In this document: positions 53,680 to 63,815 of the stretch, one piece after another
How the letters are laid out: each line of letters opens with the position of its first letter
Numbering within the stretch: position 1 is the first letter of the stretch
DNA from: a virus
Direction: 5' to 3' (one strand)
DNA: 64,000 nucleotides
Virus record (IMG/VR): IMGVR_UViG_3300025141_000029
Coordinates: 1-64,000 of that record
Program-made: the position numbers and the translations under genes
Notes under the pieces: generated by a model
What the model saw: the letters and a program-made list of their open reading frames with translations, nothing else
What the model was told of the DNA's origin: nothing
The model's database searches: none

Positions 53680-56646
53680 TTAATCTTCGAAAGATGCTCC
53701 ACTGCGTGTAATTAAGAAATCAATCGCAATAAATTCAATTGCCTTGGCAGGTTTCAAGAATATTTTTGCGTACATAATGTTTCTATCACGCATTTCCGGA
53801 GTGGTCGTTGACTCATCCAAAATGAGTTTGTAATCTTCAAGACCAAATTTTGATTGAACATCTTTAAGAACCGGATTTGCTGCGCCGACGAAACGGGCCC
53901 AAGTTGAGGGAACGTTTTGATCAAATAAAACCAGGTTTGCAATTTGAGAAATTCTCTTTTTGAGATAAATCATCAAGCGACGAACATTAATTCTATCTAG
54001 CGCCGATTGCTCAAGCTGTAGTGTCTTCTGTCCAAAGACCACAATTCCTTCTGCCGGAAAAGAAGCAATCGGATTGATTCTAACATCATAAAGATCATCT
54101 CTTTCACGCGAAGTAAGTTTTCTGCGAACATTTGTTATCGGAATACCGGCAGCACCCTTGCTCAAGCCGCCTCGATTAAAGCCGGCTGGAGCAAACCAAA
54201 GTTCACTTCTTGCGGCAGAACTACCCATTGTTCCCAAAGCAGCTACAGAAGATGGAATCCACAACATTTGGCCTGTGCCCCCATCAACTGTCTGTACCCA
54301 CGGGAAGAAGGCGCAGCCATAACTTGAATTTGTAGATCTGGCTCTCATACTAGCAACGGCTTGAGCAACATCCGGAACTGCTGGATATGAAGTTGAATCT
54401 GGATCACCTTCCTGTACTGGTACGTAATCATTTTCTACATCGATGATCGCCAGAGCATCGCCCCGGTCTTCACAAACTTCGATCAAACGGTCAGTAAACG
54501 CCGGCACGTAAACACCAGGTATCGTCGCAAGATTACATTCTACAACTTCTGGATCCGCAATAATATTGATTGCTCTATTCACCGAGGCGCGTGCATAATT
54601 TGTAACATCGGTGGTGCCGCGGCCTCCGGTGGAGGTGACCCCATCTAATACGGTATTGCGGAATGGATCACGATCTGTAATATCAAGACCATCAAAACCT
54701 CCATGTAATACTGTGGTAAATTTACTAATCTTGTTTGTATTGATCAGTGCGGACGAGCCGGACTTGGCAGTCCAAGACGTACTGCTGGCGCGGGAGCCGG
54801 ATTCATAATACCAAGAATCACCATCGGCTTTTGTTGAGCTATTCTTGCCGCCAGAACCTGTTTTAATTAGATTATCTAATGTAAATACATATTGATACTT
54901 GACGGGCGTCGCGATGGTGGAGCCCGGGGTCCAACTATCAAGACCCATTGGCTTAGCTCGAACCAGATCTAAAGTGCCTTCATCAAATCTAGTTTTTGAG
55001 CCGGCTTGATTAACATTCACACCGAAATACGCATCTCGGGGGTCAATAAAGCCCATATCGCTCGAAGAACCAATAAGAGCCAAAGATGGGGAGGTAAAGC
55101 TGCCAGTCATGCCCTCGGTGTCGGTGCCGGGGGAGGTGGCGCAACGAATGTACGTTAACGGCATTTCATAGCCCTTGGCAATAAAGCCGGCGTCTTGGGT
55201 GTGAGGGTTCCGGCCGGTGGTAGCAATCTCAGCCGACACGCTCGTGAGCGAGCTGGAGACCATTGTCCAAGTCTTATATGTTAGCGGCCCTTTTACACCA
55301 AATGGCATGAGTTCCGCGTTCAAAGTACCAGCATCCACATCAGAATCCATTTCTACACGAATGTATTTGGAAACATTATTGTAGTTTCCATAATGTACGA
55401 GCCTCTGAGTTACTGAATCGTATTGAAATCTTTTATCGCCGATTTTACGTGCTATATAATTCGGAGATTGAGGATTTAAATTACAATTAGAGAAAGTCTC
55501 TAAAACTTTCGGACGTATATCAGTATCGCGCAATTGGCGAACTTCCAGCGTGAAAGAAGGGTAAGGATCTACTGATTTTTCTTGAGCACTTGGAGATCTT
55601 AAATCACGAATTGAAATTTTAATTTCTTTTTGTGTTTGCTCTCCATTTGCTGTCAGGCCATGAACTCTGAATAAGTTCTCCGTATGGACCGCTGGATTAA
55701 ATGTAACAGCGGGAGCACTAGTATCTTGTGAAATAAACCAACCAGTGGCGGCAGCTTGAGGGCCTTTATCTGTCGTCGTAAGTCCCAAGAAATCTGCGCC
55801 ATCGATTGAGCCCGAAAGAAGACCTAAAATTATACCATAATATCCGTCTGAACTTGACAATGCAGCAACAGCTTTTTCATAAGTTTCTCCTAGCCAATAA
55901 TCAATTCTTTTTTCCGATGATACGGTGCCCGTATTTATTCTTGTTGGATCCGTATTAAAGGCGGCCCGAATATAATTTGAACTGGTTCGAACAAAATCAA
56001 CGCTTTTTGTTTCCACAACTCCATTGGCGCCTGTTAAAGCAATCTTAAATTGTGGTGGATTTCCGGCCGTACCGACTGAGTTAATAAAAATTGCATTCCC
56101 TCGTTCGTTGCCGGCGGTACTGACAGCGCGAACAGAGCCAGATAAAACAGGAGTAGACCCAGTACAATAAAAAACCGCAGCAAGAGTACCAGTGACGGCC
56201 GTGTCGTACGAGGCCGATGGACAAATCCACAAACCATAAGCGCCGATGCCGTTGTCGTCACTGGATAAGCCGCCCGGTGACCAACCGGCTGCTCCAGCAG
56301 CTTTAGTGGCTCCGGCATTAACTGATTGTGCTCCCAATAAACGTACAAACGTTATTGGGCTGTTATTGGCCAGATATGCTTTTGCAGCATATGTAGCATA
56401 CATGGGACTGGTGAAATTTCCGTTTCTCCATACATCAAGCGACGTACCTCCAGGTACAGTATCTCCAAATATTTGGACAAATTCATCATAAGATCTAATA
56501 ACTGTTGGTACAAAAGCCGGTCCCATGGCGGTTCGGCCAATAATGACGGGTCCCTGAACCACATTTCCTAAATTTGGTACTTGAGATTGGTCGACTTCTG
56601 TTATGAAGACTCCAGGTGACACAAAACGATATTTATCTGCCGGCAT
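53680..56646 (-). CDS. Tail sheath protein (gp18-like)
   Basis: SPGV...EVD, WFAPAG..RG, INPI, FGQKT, RINVRRL, EFI. Confidence 0.95.
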   Translation of the reverse strand: MPADKYRFVSPGVFITEVDQSQVPNLGNVVQGPVIIGRTAMGPAFVPTVIRSYDEFVQIFGDTVPGGTSLDVWRNGNFTSPMYATYAAKAYLANNSPITFVRLLGAQSVNAGATKAAGAAGWSPGGLSSDDNGIGAYGLWICPSASYDTAVTGTLAAVFYCTGSTPVLSGSVRAVSTAGNERGNAIFINSVGTAGNPPQFKIALTGANGVVETKSVDFVRTSSNYIRAAFNTDPTRINTGTVSSEKRIDYWLGETYEKAVAALSSSDGYYGIILGLLSGSIDGADFLGLTTTDKGPQAAATGWFISQDTSAPAVTFNPAVHTENLFRVHGLTANGEQTQKEIKISIRDLRSPSAQEKSVDPYPSFTLEVRQLRDTDIRPKVLETFSNCNLNPQSPNYIARKIGDKRFQYDSVTQRLVHYGNYNNVSKYIRVEMDSDVDAGTLNAELMPFGVKGPLTYKTWTMVSSSLTSVSAEIATTGRNPHTQDAGFIAKGYEMPLTYIRCATSPGTDTEGMTGSFTSPSLALIGSSSDMGFIDPRDAYFGVNVNQAGSKTRFDEGTLDLVRAKPMGLDSWTPGSTIATPVKYQYVFTLDNLIKTGSGGKNSSTKADGDSWYYESGSRASSTSWTAKSGSSALINTNKISKFTTVLHGGFDGLDITDRDPFRNTVLDGVTSTGGRGTTDVTNYARASVNRAINIIADPEVVECNLATIPGVYVPAFTDRLIEVCEDRGDALAIIDVENDYVPVQEGDPDSTSYPAVPDVAQAVASMRARSTNSSYGCAFFPWVQTVDGGTGQMLWIPSSVAALGTMGSSAARSELWFAPAGFNRGGLSKGAAGIPITNVRRKLTSRERDDLYDVRINPIASFPAEGIVVFGQKTLQLEQSALDRINVRRLMIYLKKRISQIANLVLFDQNVPSTWARFVGAANPVLKDVQSKFGLEDYKLILDESTTTPEMRDRNIMYAKIFLKPAKAIEFIAIDFLITRSGASFED

Positions 56647-56691
56647 TATTAATTTCTCCTTAAAAAAGCTTTGATGTGGAAATAGCTATAA

Positions 56692-56699
56692 TAAATAGT
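56692..56699 (-). promoter_or_regulatory. Putative late promoter ACTATTTA
   Basis: Upstream of sheath gene. Confidence 0.65.
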
Positions 56700-56724
56700 A
56701 AATAAATAACCAAAAAGAATTTTA

Positions 56725-57636
56725 TCAAGATTTATAGAAACTATCTTTGCCCGTAGGATTAGGAACTTCAAAAACAACTCGCTCGCGACCAATTTTAATT
56801 TCGACTGCGTTTTGCGTTTTGGTGATCTTGGGAAGATTTTCATTTGGGCCGGCGCCGTGGATATAACCAAGAACTCTTAAGCTCAAGGTCATTTTGAATT
56901 TACGCTCCTGTTCTTCTAAAGTTGATATGGTGTTATCTACCGCATAGTCAGAATCCAAAAAACCTTCATATGAGTGGCCATTGCGACTCAAAATAATATA
57001 ATTTGATGCGTTTGTCGCATCAATCATATATGCAGCAATATCATTCATTTGTTGTTGATATTCAGTGAAACACTCAACTTCATAGTTGATTTCCATGTAA
57101 GACGGCGCCGGTATTGTTATTGTTTCATATACAACCTTTTTGTTAATACGTTTAAAATTCTTGTCGCCGGCATCATTGCTTTTACGGAAAGCATCTGCTG
57201 TTGCGAACTTATTTGTATCATCTTGTGCTATACGTCGAGCGATGATAACATCTGACTCTCCTGCTTGCCGCAATCTATCAAGTGGCGAAAATAACTTTCC
57301 TCGCTTGGTGCGATCTTTTGATATTCCTCTGCGCTCAATTGTTACTGCGGGATAGACGACGGCGCCGAGATCGTCACTTTTCGCAATAAATGTTTCATCG
57401 TCAGTCCAATTCCTGTCTTTTCTATTAAATGCGCGCTCAATGCCAACCCAAGAAACTGGAACCAATCTAAAACCTTCATTTGAATAAGTTGAAATATTTA
57501 AATTTTGAAAAAAATTATAAACAGAAAAATCAATATTTTCCAAAGTCGAAGGCATAAATATCTGCTCTTCTACCCTATCAGGCTTTTCTACTTCCGTATA
57601 AGAATAATCAATATCTTTTCTTCTATCTACCATCAA
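56725..57636 (-). CDS. Tail terminator / sheath stabiliser (gp15-like)
   Basis: Synteny; P.Y....Y...T.YQ.QMN pattern. Confidence 0.6.
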   Translation of the reverse strand: MMVDRRKDIDYSYTEVEKPDRVEEQIFMPSTLENIDFSVYNFFQNLNISTYSNEGFRLVPVSWVGIERAFNRKDRNWTDDETFIAKSDDLGAVVYPAVTIERRGISKDRTKRGKLFSPLDRLRQAGESDVIIARRIAQDDTNKFATADAFRKSNDAGDKNFKRINKKVVYETITIPAPSYMEINYEVECFTEYQQQMNDIAAYMIDATNASNYIILSRNGHSYEGFLDSDYAVDNTISTLEEQERKFKMTLSLRVLGYIHGAGPNENLPKITKTQNAVEIKIGRERVVFEVPNPTGKDSFYKS

Positions 57637-58114
57637 AAAGTCCCTTTCTCGCTCTCACACATTTAGCGGTAATTTCAAATCTATGATCAGCTTGTCCAAA
57701 TAATTGTTTAGGTTCATTTAAAGTAACAATTTCATAATAAAATTTACCATATAAAACAAAATCACCTTCTCGAATAAATATATCTTGATCTTCTGTTAAT
57801 CTTCTTTTGTGAAAATGAATATTTATCGTCGTAATGACATCCAATCCGTATTTATCAGTTGTCGTTTGTAATCCTTCCCAATCAACCAAAGCAAATACCC
57901 TAACCGGTGGTAAAAATGTTTTTTCTATCGCTTCACCATATAAAGAATGATAATCCGTTGTTGTAACATCAATCGCATAATACAAAACTTGTTGACCAAT
58001 AATTCGCTCAACTAATTCATCGTTAACCTGCTTTACAAGATCACGCTCTTTTTTGTTTAAAAATAAAGGCGGGGGTGGATCTGCGGGTTGTGACCATTTA
58101 TTACTATCTGACAC
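57623..58114 (-). CDS. Neck protein (gp14-like)
   Basis: LYGE, EGD, YEI; synteny. Confidence 0.7.
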   Translation of the reverse strand: MSDSNKWSQPADPPPPLFLNKKERDLVKQVNDELVERIIGQQVLYYAIDVTTTDYHSLYGEAIEKTFLPPVRVFALVDWEGLQTTTDKYGLDVITTINIHFHKRRLTEDQDIFIREGDFVLYGKFYYEIVTLNEPKQLFGQADHRFEITAKCVRARKGLFDGR

Positions 58115-58119
58115 TTACA

Positions 58120-59388
58120 TCACCCCACATATACGCCATATGGTATAGTCTTTAGCATATTATTGGTCGATTGGGCCATAGTAGCCTGGTCTTCCACAAT
58201 TTTACTATACGTTATTTCGGCCAATATAGTTTTAAGCTCTTCTCTCAGCTTATCTTGCTCTTCTTTAGCTTGAGCGGCCAATTCAGAAGCATTCAACGTG
58301 ACTGATTCTCCTGGTATCGGAATTGTCGTAAATTTACCTCTTATTTGCGCCAATATCTCCTTGGCCAAAGAAAAAGCAAAGCGTCGAATCCACTGTTTAC
58401 CAATTGAATTAATGTTTTGGTATGGAATATTTGCAAAAGGCAATGTATTCATATTATTGATTCCATTAACTCCAGTATCCACACTACCGGTAGCTTCCGT
58501 CCATGGATCACTCTTGATTGTAAAATCAACATACATCTTTTTAGGAGAATAATCGCCTGGACGCGGAAAGACTCTTATTTTATTACTCTTAATCTCATAA
58601 GAATAATGAGAATTTCTTGTATAAATTGCGTCTTCGTACGCCATAGATTGAAGTTTGTTTTGCCACGGTGGAATAACTTCAAAAGTAGAATCATCGGCGT
58701 ACATGCCGTATGTCGACATATTACCAATTGCGTTAATTCCGCCATAATAGCCGAAAAATCTCCACATCGCGTGTGGTGTTTTATAAAAAACTCGACGAAC
58801 TGTTACCCTATTTGTTCCTACTTTTCCATAGAATGAAGAGCTGGCATCGTTGGCTGAAGACGAAGCTATAATTTCTTGTAAATCATAATCTTGCTGACCA
58901 CTTACAATTGCAAATGAGCCAGAATAAATTGGCTCTGTGCCGCCAATACCAACTTCTGTTGCTGTTTTGTCGGCAATTTGTCTTGCGTAGCCAAAATCAA
59001 ATTTAGGATATTTTAAACTGGCGCTTAACGCAGCAACAGAAGTTTCTTTTATTTCGCCATCATGATCAAATGTGCCAGTAATAGCACCAAGAACCGATCC
59101 AATCGCATTTTTAGCCTGGTGTATATTGACTAGATATGAATACTCTAAAACAGCCTCTTCATAGGCCGCAAAAACGTTTTTTTGCGTTAATTCAACGTTT
59201 AGGACATCGCCACCAAGCTTTCGATAAGTATAATTAACTTGTTCGGCGGCTCCAGAAACGAAATCTGTATTTTCTACATATATGCCATACGGATAATTAG
59301 CAGCACTGGCAGCTGAAGTTAAAGATCCCGTCTCCGGTAATGTTATAGCTGGTGTTGTTGACGTCGGCGTTAATGTAGGTACAGCCAT
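58120..59388 (-). CDS. Neck protein (gp13-like head-tail adaptor)
   Basis: KLG...VEL, W.RR....AK..L...RGKF..P...LN. Confidence 0.75.
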   Translation of the reverse strand: MAVPTLTPTSTTPAITLPETGSLTSAASAANYPYGIYVENTDFVSGAAEQVNYTYRKLGGDVLNVELTQKNVFAAYEEAVLEYSYLVNIHQAKNAIGSVLGAITGTFDHDGEIKETSVAALSASLKYPKFDFGYARQIADKTATEVGIGGTEPIYSGSFAIVSGQQDYDLQEIIASSSANDASSSFYGKVGTNRVTVRRVFYKTPHAMWRFFGYYGGINAIGNMSTYGMYADDSTFEVIPPWQNKLQSMAYEDAIYTRNSHYSYEIKSNKIRVFPRPGDYSPKKMYVDFTIKSDPWTEATGSVDTGVNGINNMNTLPFANIPYQNINSIGKQWIRRFAFSLAKEILAQIRGKFTTIPIPGESVTLNASELAAQAKEEQDKLREELKTILAEITYSKIVEDQATMAQSTNNMLKTIPYGVYVG

Positions 59389-59415
59389 TCATTTGTTCTC
59401 CGTGGATTACTAATA

Positions 59416-59423
59416 TAAATAGT
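59416..59423 (-). promoter_or_regulatory. Putative late promoter ACTATTTA
   Basis: Upstream of neck gene. Confidence 0.65.
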
Positions 59424-59437
59424 ATCTGCTGGGAGTA

Positions 59438-59647
59438 TCAAACTTTTTTAGTTGTTTTCTCGGCCACAGATCTTGAAAGATCCTTTTTTACAGGGGCCTT
59501 TTTTACAGGGGCCTTTTTTACAGGGGTCTCGACAGTTTTTTTTGGAGGTGCCGGTGGCGCTGCGACAACTGGAGCTTCTTCAACAACTGGCGTTGCTGCA
59601 GCTGCTTGTCTCGCTAATAATCTAAGTCTTTTCTTCTTTCTACCCAT
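59438..59647 (-). CDS. Small Lys/Ala/Pro-rich histone-H1-like protein
   Basis: PVKKA x3; GGAGG RBS; late motif at 59672-59679. Confidence 0.65.
   Translation of the reverse strand: MGRKKKRLRLLARQAAAATPVVEEAPVVAAPPAPPKKTVETPVKKAPVKKAPVKKDLSRSVAEKTTKKV
59482..59526. repeat. 15-bp perfect tandem repeat x3
   Basis: ccttttttacagggg. Confidence 0.9.
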
Positions 59648-59742
59648 GATAATAGGCCTCCTATTTCCTTATAAATAGTTGATTATAAAACAAAAATCTC
59701 AAAAATTGACTGCGAAAAAAAATTGACCAATTGAGTTTTCAT

Positions 59743-59776
59743 AAAAAAACCCCGCCAAGGAAAACCAAGGCGGGGT
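59743..59776 (-). terminator. Intrinsic terminator
   Basis: ACCCCGCC..GG....CC..GGCGGGGT plus U-tract. Confidence 0.8.
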
Positions 59777-59806
59777 ATACTATAATAATAAAAGTTGAAT
59801 CTAAAT

Positions 59807-60109
59807 CTAAGCTGACCCAGCGCAGCCTTGAGAGCCAGTTACAAAAGTCCAAGCATAACCACCAGATCCAGACATACAAATATAAAATCTTTGACAATTT
59901 CCATCTGTCTGTATTGTCATTGTGCCCAGTGTATTTATGTTACAAGAACCAGTCGAAGCTACGGGAAATTGAGATCCTGACAGGCTTGTTCCGCTTGAGC
60001 CCGAAATTGAAGAGGCACCATAAGTTGTCTCTCCTTCGGATCCGCTAACAGTAGTCTGACTACCACTAATTGTTGTTTCGCCTGCTGACGATGATACGTT
60101 AATCGGCAT
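59807..60109 (-). CDS. Ser/Gly/Thr-rich small virion protein
   Basis: Repeated SGS motifs; coupled to the upstream gene. Confidence 0.55.
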   Translation of the reverse strand: MPINVSSSAGETTISGSQTTVSGSEGETTYGASSISGSSGTSLSGSQFPVASTGSCNINTLGTMTIQTDGNCQRFYICMSGSGGYAWTFVTGSQGCAGSA

Positions 60110-60389
60110 CTTCTTCTCCTTCTTCTATTTCCTCTAAAACAAATTTATAAAGTTTTCCATTCTGATTATTCTTTATAGACAAATAATTACTTTCCTCTAC
60201 AATTGTCCAATCACCTCTATCATTCTTTAGTTGTAAATCTTGTGTGTATATATTCGCAAATCTGTTATCGCGTGATCCTAAATTTGCGGCGCCGTTACTG
60301 GTTGGCCTAATATTTGCTTGTATTAAGATATCTTGTACTACTGCTTCTATTAGTGCTCGTATTCTTAGAGTACCGATTTTTTTGGCCAT
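60099..60389 (-). CDS. Stand-alone fibre C-terminal-like module
   Basis: LGS...RF.NIYT.DL.L.N.RG.WT..EE...NN..GK.YKF.LEEI; late-like ACTACTTA at 60421-60428. Confidence 0.6.
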   Translation of the reverse strand: MAKKIGTLRIRALIEAVVQDILIQANIRPTSNGAANLGSRDNRFANIYTQDLQLKNDRGDWTIVEESNYLSIKNNQNGKLYKFVLEEIEEGEEDAD

Positions 60390-60457
60390 TAACTAATCCC
60401 TCCCTTGTTCCTCACACTAATAAGTAGTCTTCGATGTGGGCATGCTCTCAATTTTTA

Positions 60458-60491
60458 TAAAAAAACCCCGATCTCTCGAAAGAAACCGGGG
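60458..60491 (-). terminator. Intrinsic terminator after major capsid gene
   Basis: CCCCGG...TCGGGG plus U-tract. Confidence 0.8.
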
Positions 60492-60515
60492 CATATCAAA
60501 CTACGCTAATTGTTA

Positions 60516-62348
60516 TTAGCCGGTGCCAGACTCACCAAGGAGTCCGCGGACAACAACAAGGCCATACATATCAGGTCGGACCATCTTCTTAGCGTAACGA
60601 GTCATCACGCCCTTACGGGGCACGAAGTCTTCGGTACCGAAGATTGTCGGAGTGACCTGGAGAGGTACGTACGGGGCATATACATAACCCGTTTCGAGGA
60701 AACTGCCACCCTTACGGCCGACAAGAACCAAGTTACGCGGGAAGTACGGATCAACCCAGAGGTCCCATTTCTTGGAAATGGATCCAACGTTGACAGCACC
60801 AACAGTACCACGATCAGCATCAGCTGTAACGTTAGCACGGAAACCAGCAGTAAACTCAAGGATGTTAGCAACTTCAGGTGAGGTCACCAAGAAGTTAGCT
60901 CCACCACGTAGAGTCTTTCTGTGGATCTGAGCGCTTACGTCATTAACGGTCTCGACAAGAGTCTCATACCATTCGCTGACCGTACCAGTGAAGTCAGGAG
61001 CAGCTGCGCTAGCACCAACTTCTAGACCAGTTGTACGATTAACGAAAAGTCCCGGGGAGCGCGACCAGTAGTATGTACCAGCTGTAGCACCCTGAATAAG
61101 ATCGTTAACGATTTCGCGGTCAATCTCAAGAGCGATCTGCTCAGAAAGAATCTGAGTAAGCTCAACCTCGGCATCAAGGTTATGATAAGCATTTAGGTCT
61201 TGACCTAATTCCGGAGACCACTTGGCCTTCAGTTTCTTGGTCATCGCCGTAACAGCAATACTGTCGACTTTGATATCAATCTCGGGAATGGTATTCTTAA
61301 CATTTCCATCAAACTCATTATCAGGAACATTGCCAGCACCCTCCAAGGGGAAGATATCGCCAACGACGGCGCCAACAGCAGAAGCTTGATCGTAATCATC
61401 AGCAACGGGATAAGTCAAAGCAATTGTACCAGAAACAGCATCAAAGGTAGCTGCAGGACCAGCCAGAGTAACAACCAATCTTTCAGTTCCGCTGACGGTA
61501 ACAAGTTTAGTCAAACGACGAACAAGCTGAATGGTCGTGGAGGCGGGCGGGTCTTCGGCGGCATCTAAGACGAAGCCATTAATTGCCGAAGCCGAAATAG
61601 CAATTAAGTTCTTGCGATTAAGCGGACCAGAATTATTACCATCAGAAGAATAATCATCACTACCGGGCACACTCATTGTAATCTGCAGATAAGTATTAGT
61701 ACTATCAGCAAGAGTATCCGGATCCCAACGAAGAGAAGCCAGCTGAGCGGCACCAGCCGTAGTACCATTAAGGTTGGCCAGGTCCGCCATCGTAGTACTA
61801 GCTGTTATCGGAGCCCAGGCAGACTGGCCGGCCGACGCCGTCAAACCGGGCGCGGCGACAGCGACCGATCCTGTCGGCGAAGTATAACCAGTTTGGAGGT
61901 TATAAAAACCACCGCCGTCTTCTGTAATGTCGGTCACGCCACCAGTTAACTCACTGCCAACCACGCCACCGCCGTAAAGTGACTCACCAGCATCTAGACC
62001 CGACCGTTGTTCGTTAAAAGTAAAGTCCATGAAGAAAATGAGGCCTGACGGGAGGCTCATCGGCTGAACCGAAACGAGATCGTTTGCGATCAAACCACCG
62101 AAAACTCTGCGGACGAGAGGAAACGCAACTGCTGCGAAACCTTGAACGTCGGCGCCGCCCATTGAAGAGGCCTCTTTAAGTAATTGAGCCGCCTGGTTTT
62201 CGAGCAAGCGAGCCATTCCATTTTTGGCACTGTCCGTATTAAGACCCTCTAAAAGACCGGTGCGCTCCCATTTTTCAATGATGGCAGCACCTTCTTTAGC
62301 AAGGGATCTGTCAACGATGCCTTCTGTTAATTTTTTTAAAACTGACAT
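60516..62348 (-). CDS. Major capsid protein (T4 gp23-like)
   Basis: VQPM..PSGLIF, LKA.WS.E..QDL.A.H..DAE.EL..I..EIDRE, YAPYVPL, TRY. Confidence 0.96.
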   Translation of the reverse strand: MSVLKKLTEGIVDRSLAKEGAAIIEKWERTGLLEGLNTDSAKNGMARLLENQAAQLLKEASSMGGADVQGFAAVAFPLVRRVFGGLIANDLVSVQPMSLPSGLIFFMDFTFNEQRSGLDAGESLYGGGVVGSELTGGVTDITEDGGGFYNLQTGYTSPTGSVAVAAPGLTASAGQSAWAPITASTTMADLANLNGTTAGAAQLASLRWDPDTLADSTNTYLQITMSVPGSDDYSSDGNNSGPLNRKNLIAISASAINGFVLDAAEDPPASTTIQLVRRLTKLVTVSGTERLVVTLAGPAATFDAVSGTIALTYPVADDYDQASAVGAVVGDIFPLEGAGNVPDNEFDGNVKNTIPEIDIKVDSIAVTAMTKKLKAKWSPELGQDLNAYHNLDAEVELTQILSEQIALEIDREIVNDLIQGATAGTYYWSRSPGLFVNRTTGLEVGASAAAPDFTGTVSEWYETLVETVNDVSAQIHRKTLRGGANFLVTSPEVANILEFTAGFRANVTADADRGTVGAVNVGSISKKWDLWVDPYFPRNLVLVGRKGGSFLETGYVYAPYVPLQVTPTIFGTEDFVPRKGVMTRYAKKMVRPDMYGLVVVRGLLGESGTG

Positions 62349-62365
62349 GTTAAAATCTCCTTATA

Positions 62366-63784
62366 TTATTTTTTATTTAAGCCAGCCAAAATTTTCCATC
62401 TATCAATAGATGAATCATTTTGGATTGTTTTGTTTTCTCTGTCGCGGTTGCGATGAGAAAGGATCAATGTTGAAGTAGTCTTATTCATTGCTTCGCTCAA
62501 CGATTCTGGCTTATTATTCTTAATGGTGCTGCCCGTTGCGCTTTGAAGTGTTTCATAAATTATTTTAGCTTCTTCAACACTTTCAGAGTTAGATAAGGCT
62601 TCGACAATTTTATTTTTTTGTCGCTCATTCAGAGAGTCGCTCATCAAAACTTTGTTTGTATATAATAGTTTGGCATTCGCAAGATTGGATTCACTTAATT
62701 TATCCTTCAATCTGTTTGTAACACCAAGTAATTCTTTTTTATCAGATGTCAATTTATTAACATCTGTCTGTAATTTGTTGCTCGATTCTTCAAGATTTTT
62801 AAGAGCCTTTCTTTTAGCATCCCACTCTTCACGAACTTTTGAATCCTGAAGCATTGCCAAAAGTTCTTCTTCTGCCAATCGAAAAACAGATTCCGGTGGC
62901 GTGCCCCAACCCGATTGAAGCGTTTTTATATCTACATCAACCGTTAGGGCCTCTTCAACAACTTCGTTTAAATCTTCTTCATTAATCTCTAAGGATTCAC
63001 CATTTTCATCAACCACGTCGCGTTTCCAGCCCGAGCCCTTTATGGGCGGCGTGGACGGCGCAGTCTTCGACGGGATCCCCTTTGGGGCCTTGGGGTACGA
63101 CTTCGCCGCCGGCTGGGTAGTCGGGCCGGGCCTTGGATCACCGACGTCCCGGGTCGGCAAGTCCTTGACGGGGACGGCCATGGGTTGATCCAGGCCCGGG
63201 ATGGGGTTTTCAATGGGATCATAATCGAGCCCGGGGAGCATCGTCGACGGGTCACCCTCAGAAGCCTCGACCATCTGCGCTAGTTCGTCCAATAAATCTT
63301 CTTCCAATGTCATTTCCGTATATGTATCTTTGTTTGACATTTCTTTTAAAAAGCCTTCATCAAGCTCTAGGTTTTCTGGAATTGTTTCCAGGGGCCCTTC
63401 TTCGTCCCCCATTAGTTCAGTATCCTCTAAGGTGCCAGGCTCTTCTCCTGCCTCCAAATCAGACTCTAAACTCTGTAAATCAATATGTACTGTCTGTGTT
63501 TCGTCCGGACACGCACATAATTCTAGACCTTCGGCATTTGCTAGCGGAAGGTCGACTTCGGGATCTTCGGGATCTTCTTCTGCTTCGAGAGCACCAAATT
63601 CTTGACCCTCAATGCTTTCATCTTCGACGTCTCCAAAAACATCTTCTTCGACTTCTAAGATTTGCTGGACGGCTTCTTTAATTTGATCTGAAAATTTATC
63701 TAATACTGTTGCTTCTGCATTACGCAAAGCAACTTCTTTTAAAGCCTCCGCGTCAATAATAGCTTGATCAAGCAAATTTGACAT
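62366..63784 (-). CDS. Prohead scaffold/core protein
   Basis: Acidic coiled coil directly upstream of MCP; ends RW..LAGL. Confidence 0.8.
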   Translation of the reverse strand: MSNLLDQAIIDAEALKEVALRNAEATVLDKFSDQIKEAVQQILEVEEDVFGDVEDESIEGQEFGALEAEEDPEDPEVDLPLANAEGLELCACPDETQTVHIDLQSLESDLEAGEEPGTLEDTELMGDEEGPLETIPENLELDEGFLKEMSNKDTYTEMTLEEDLLDELAQMVEASEGDPSTMLPGLDYDPIENPIPGLDQPMAVPVKDLPTRDVGDPRPGPTTQPAAKSYPKAPKGIPSKTAPSTPPIKGSGWKRDVVDENGESLEINEEDLNEVVEEALTVDVDIKTLQSGWGTPPESVFRLAEEELLAMLQDSKVREEWDAKRKALKNLEESSNKLQTDVNKLTSDKKELLGVTNRLKDKLSESNLANAKLLYTNKVLMSDSLNERQKNKIVEALSNSESVEEAKIIYETLQSATGSTIKNNKPESLSEAMNKTTSTLILSHRNRDRENKTIQNDSSIDRWKILAGLNKK

Positions 63785-63815
63785 TTATAAACTCCTTAAG
63801 CTTAAGTTTCTAGAA

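Noticed and set aside
51812-59679. T4 late promoters TATAAATA on the plus strand
   Set aside because: No plus-strand genes follow them; the motif is better explained as minus-strand ACTATTTA upstream of late genes
165-63681. Plus-strand ORFs in the track (e.g. 165..689, 17675..18424, 49251..49793)
   Set aside because: They are antisense shadows of well-supported minus-strand genes, without RBS or motifs
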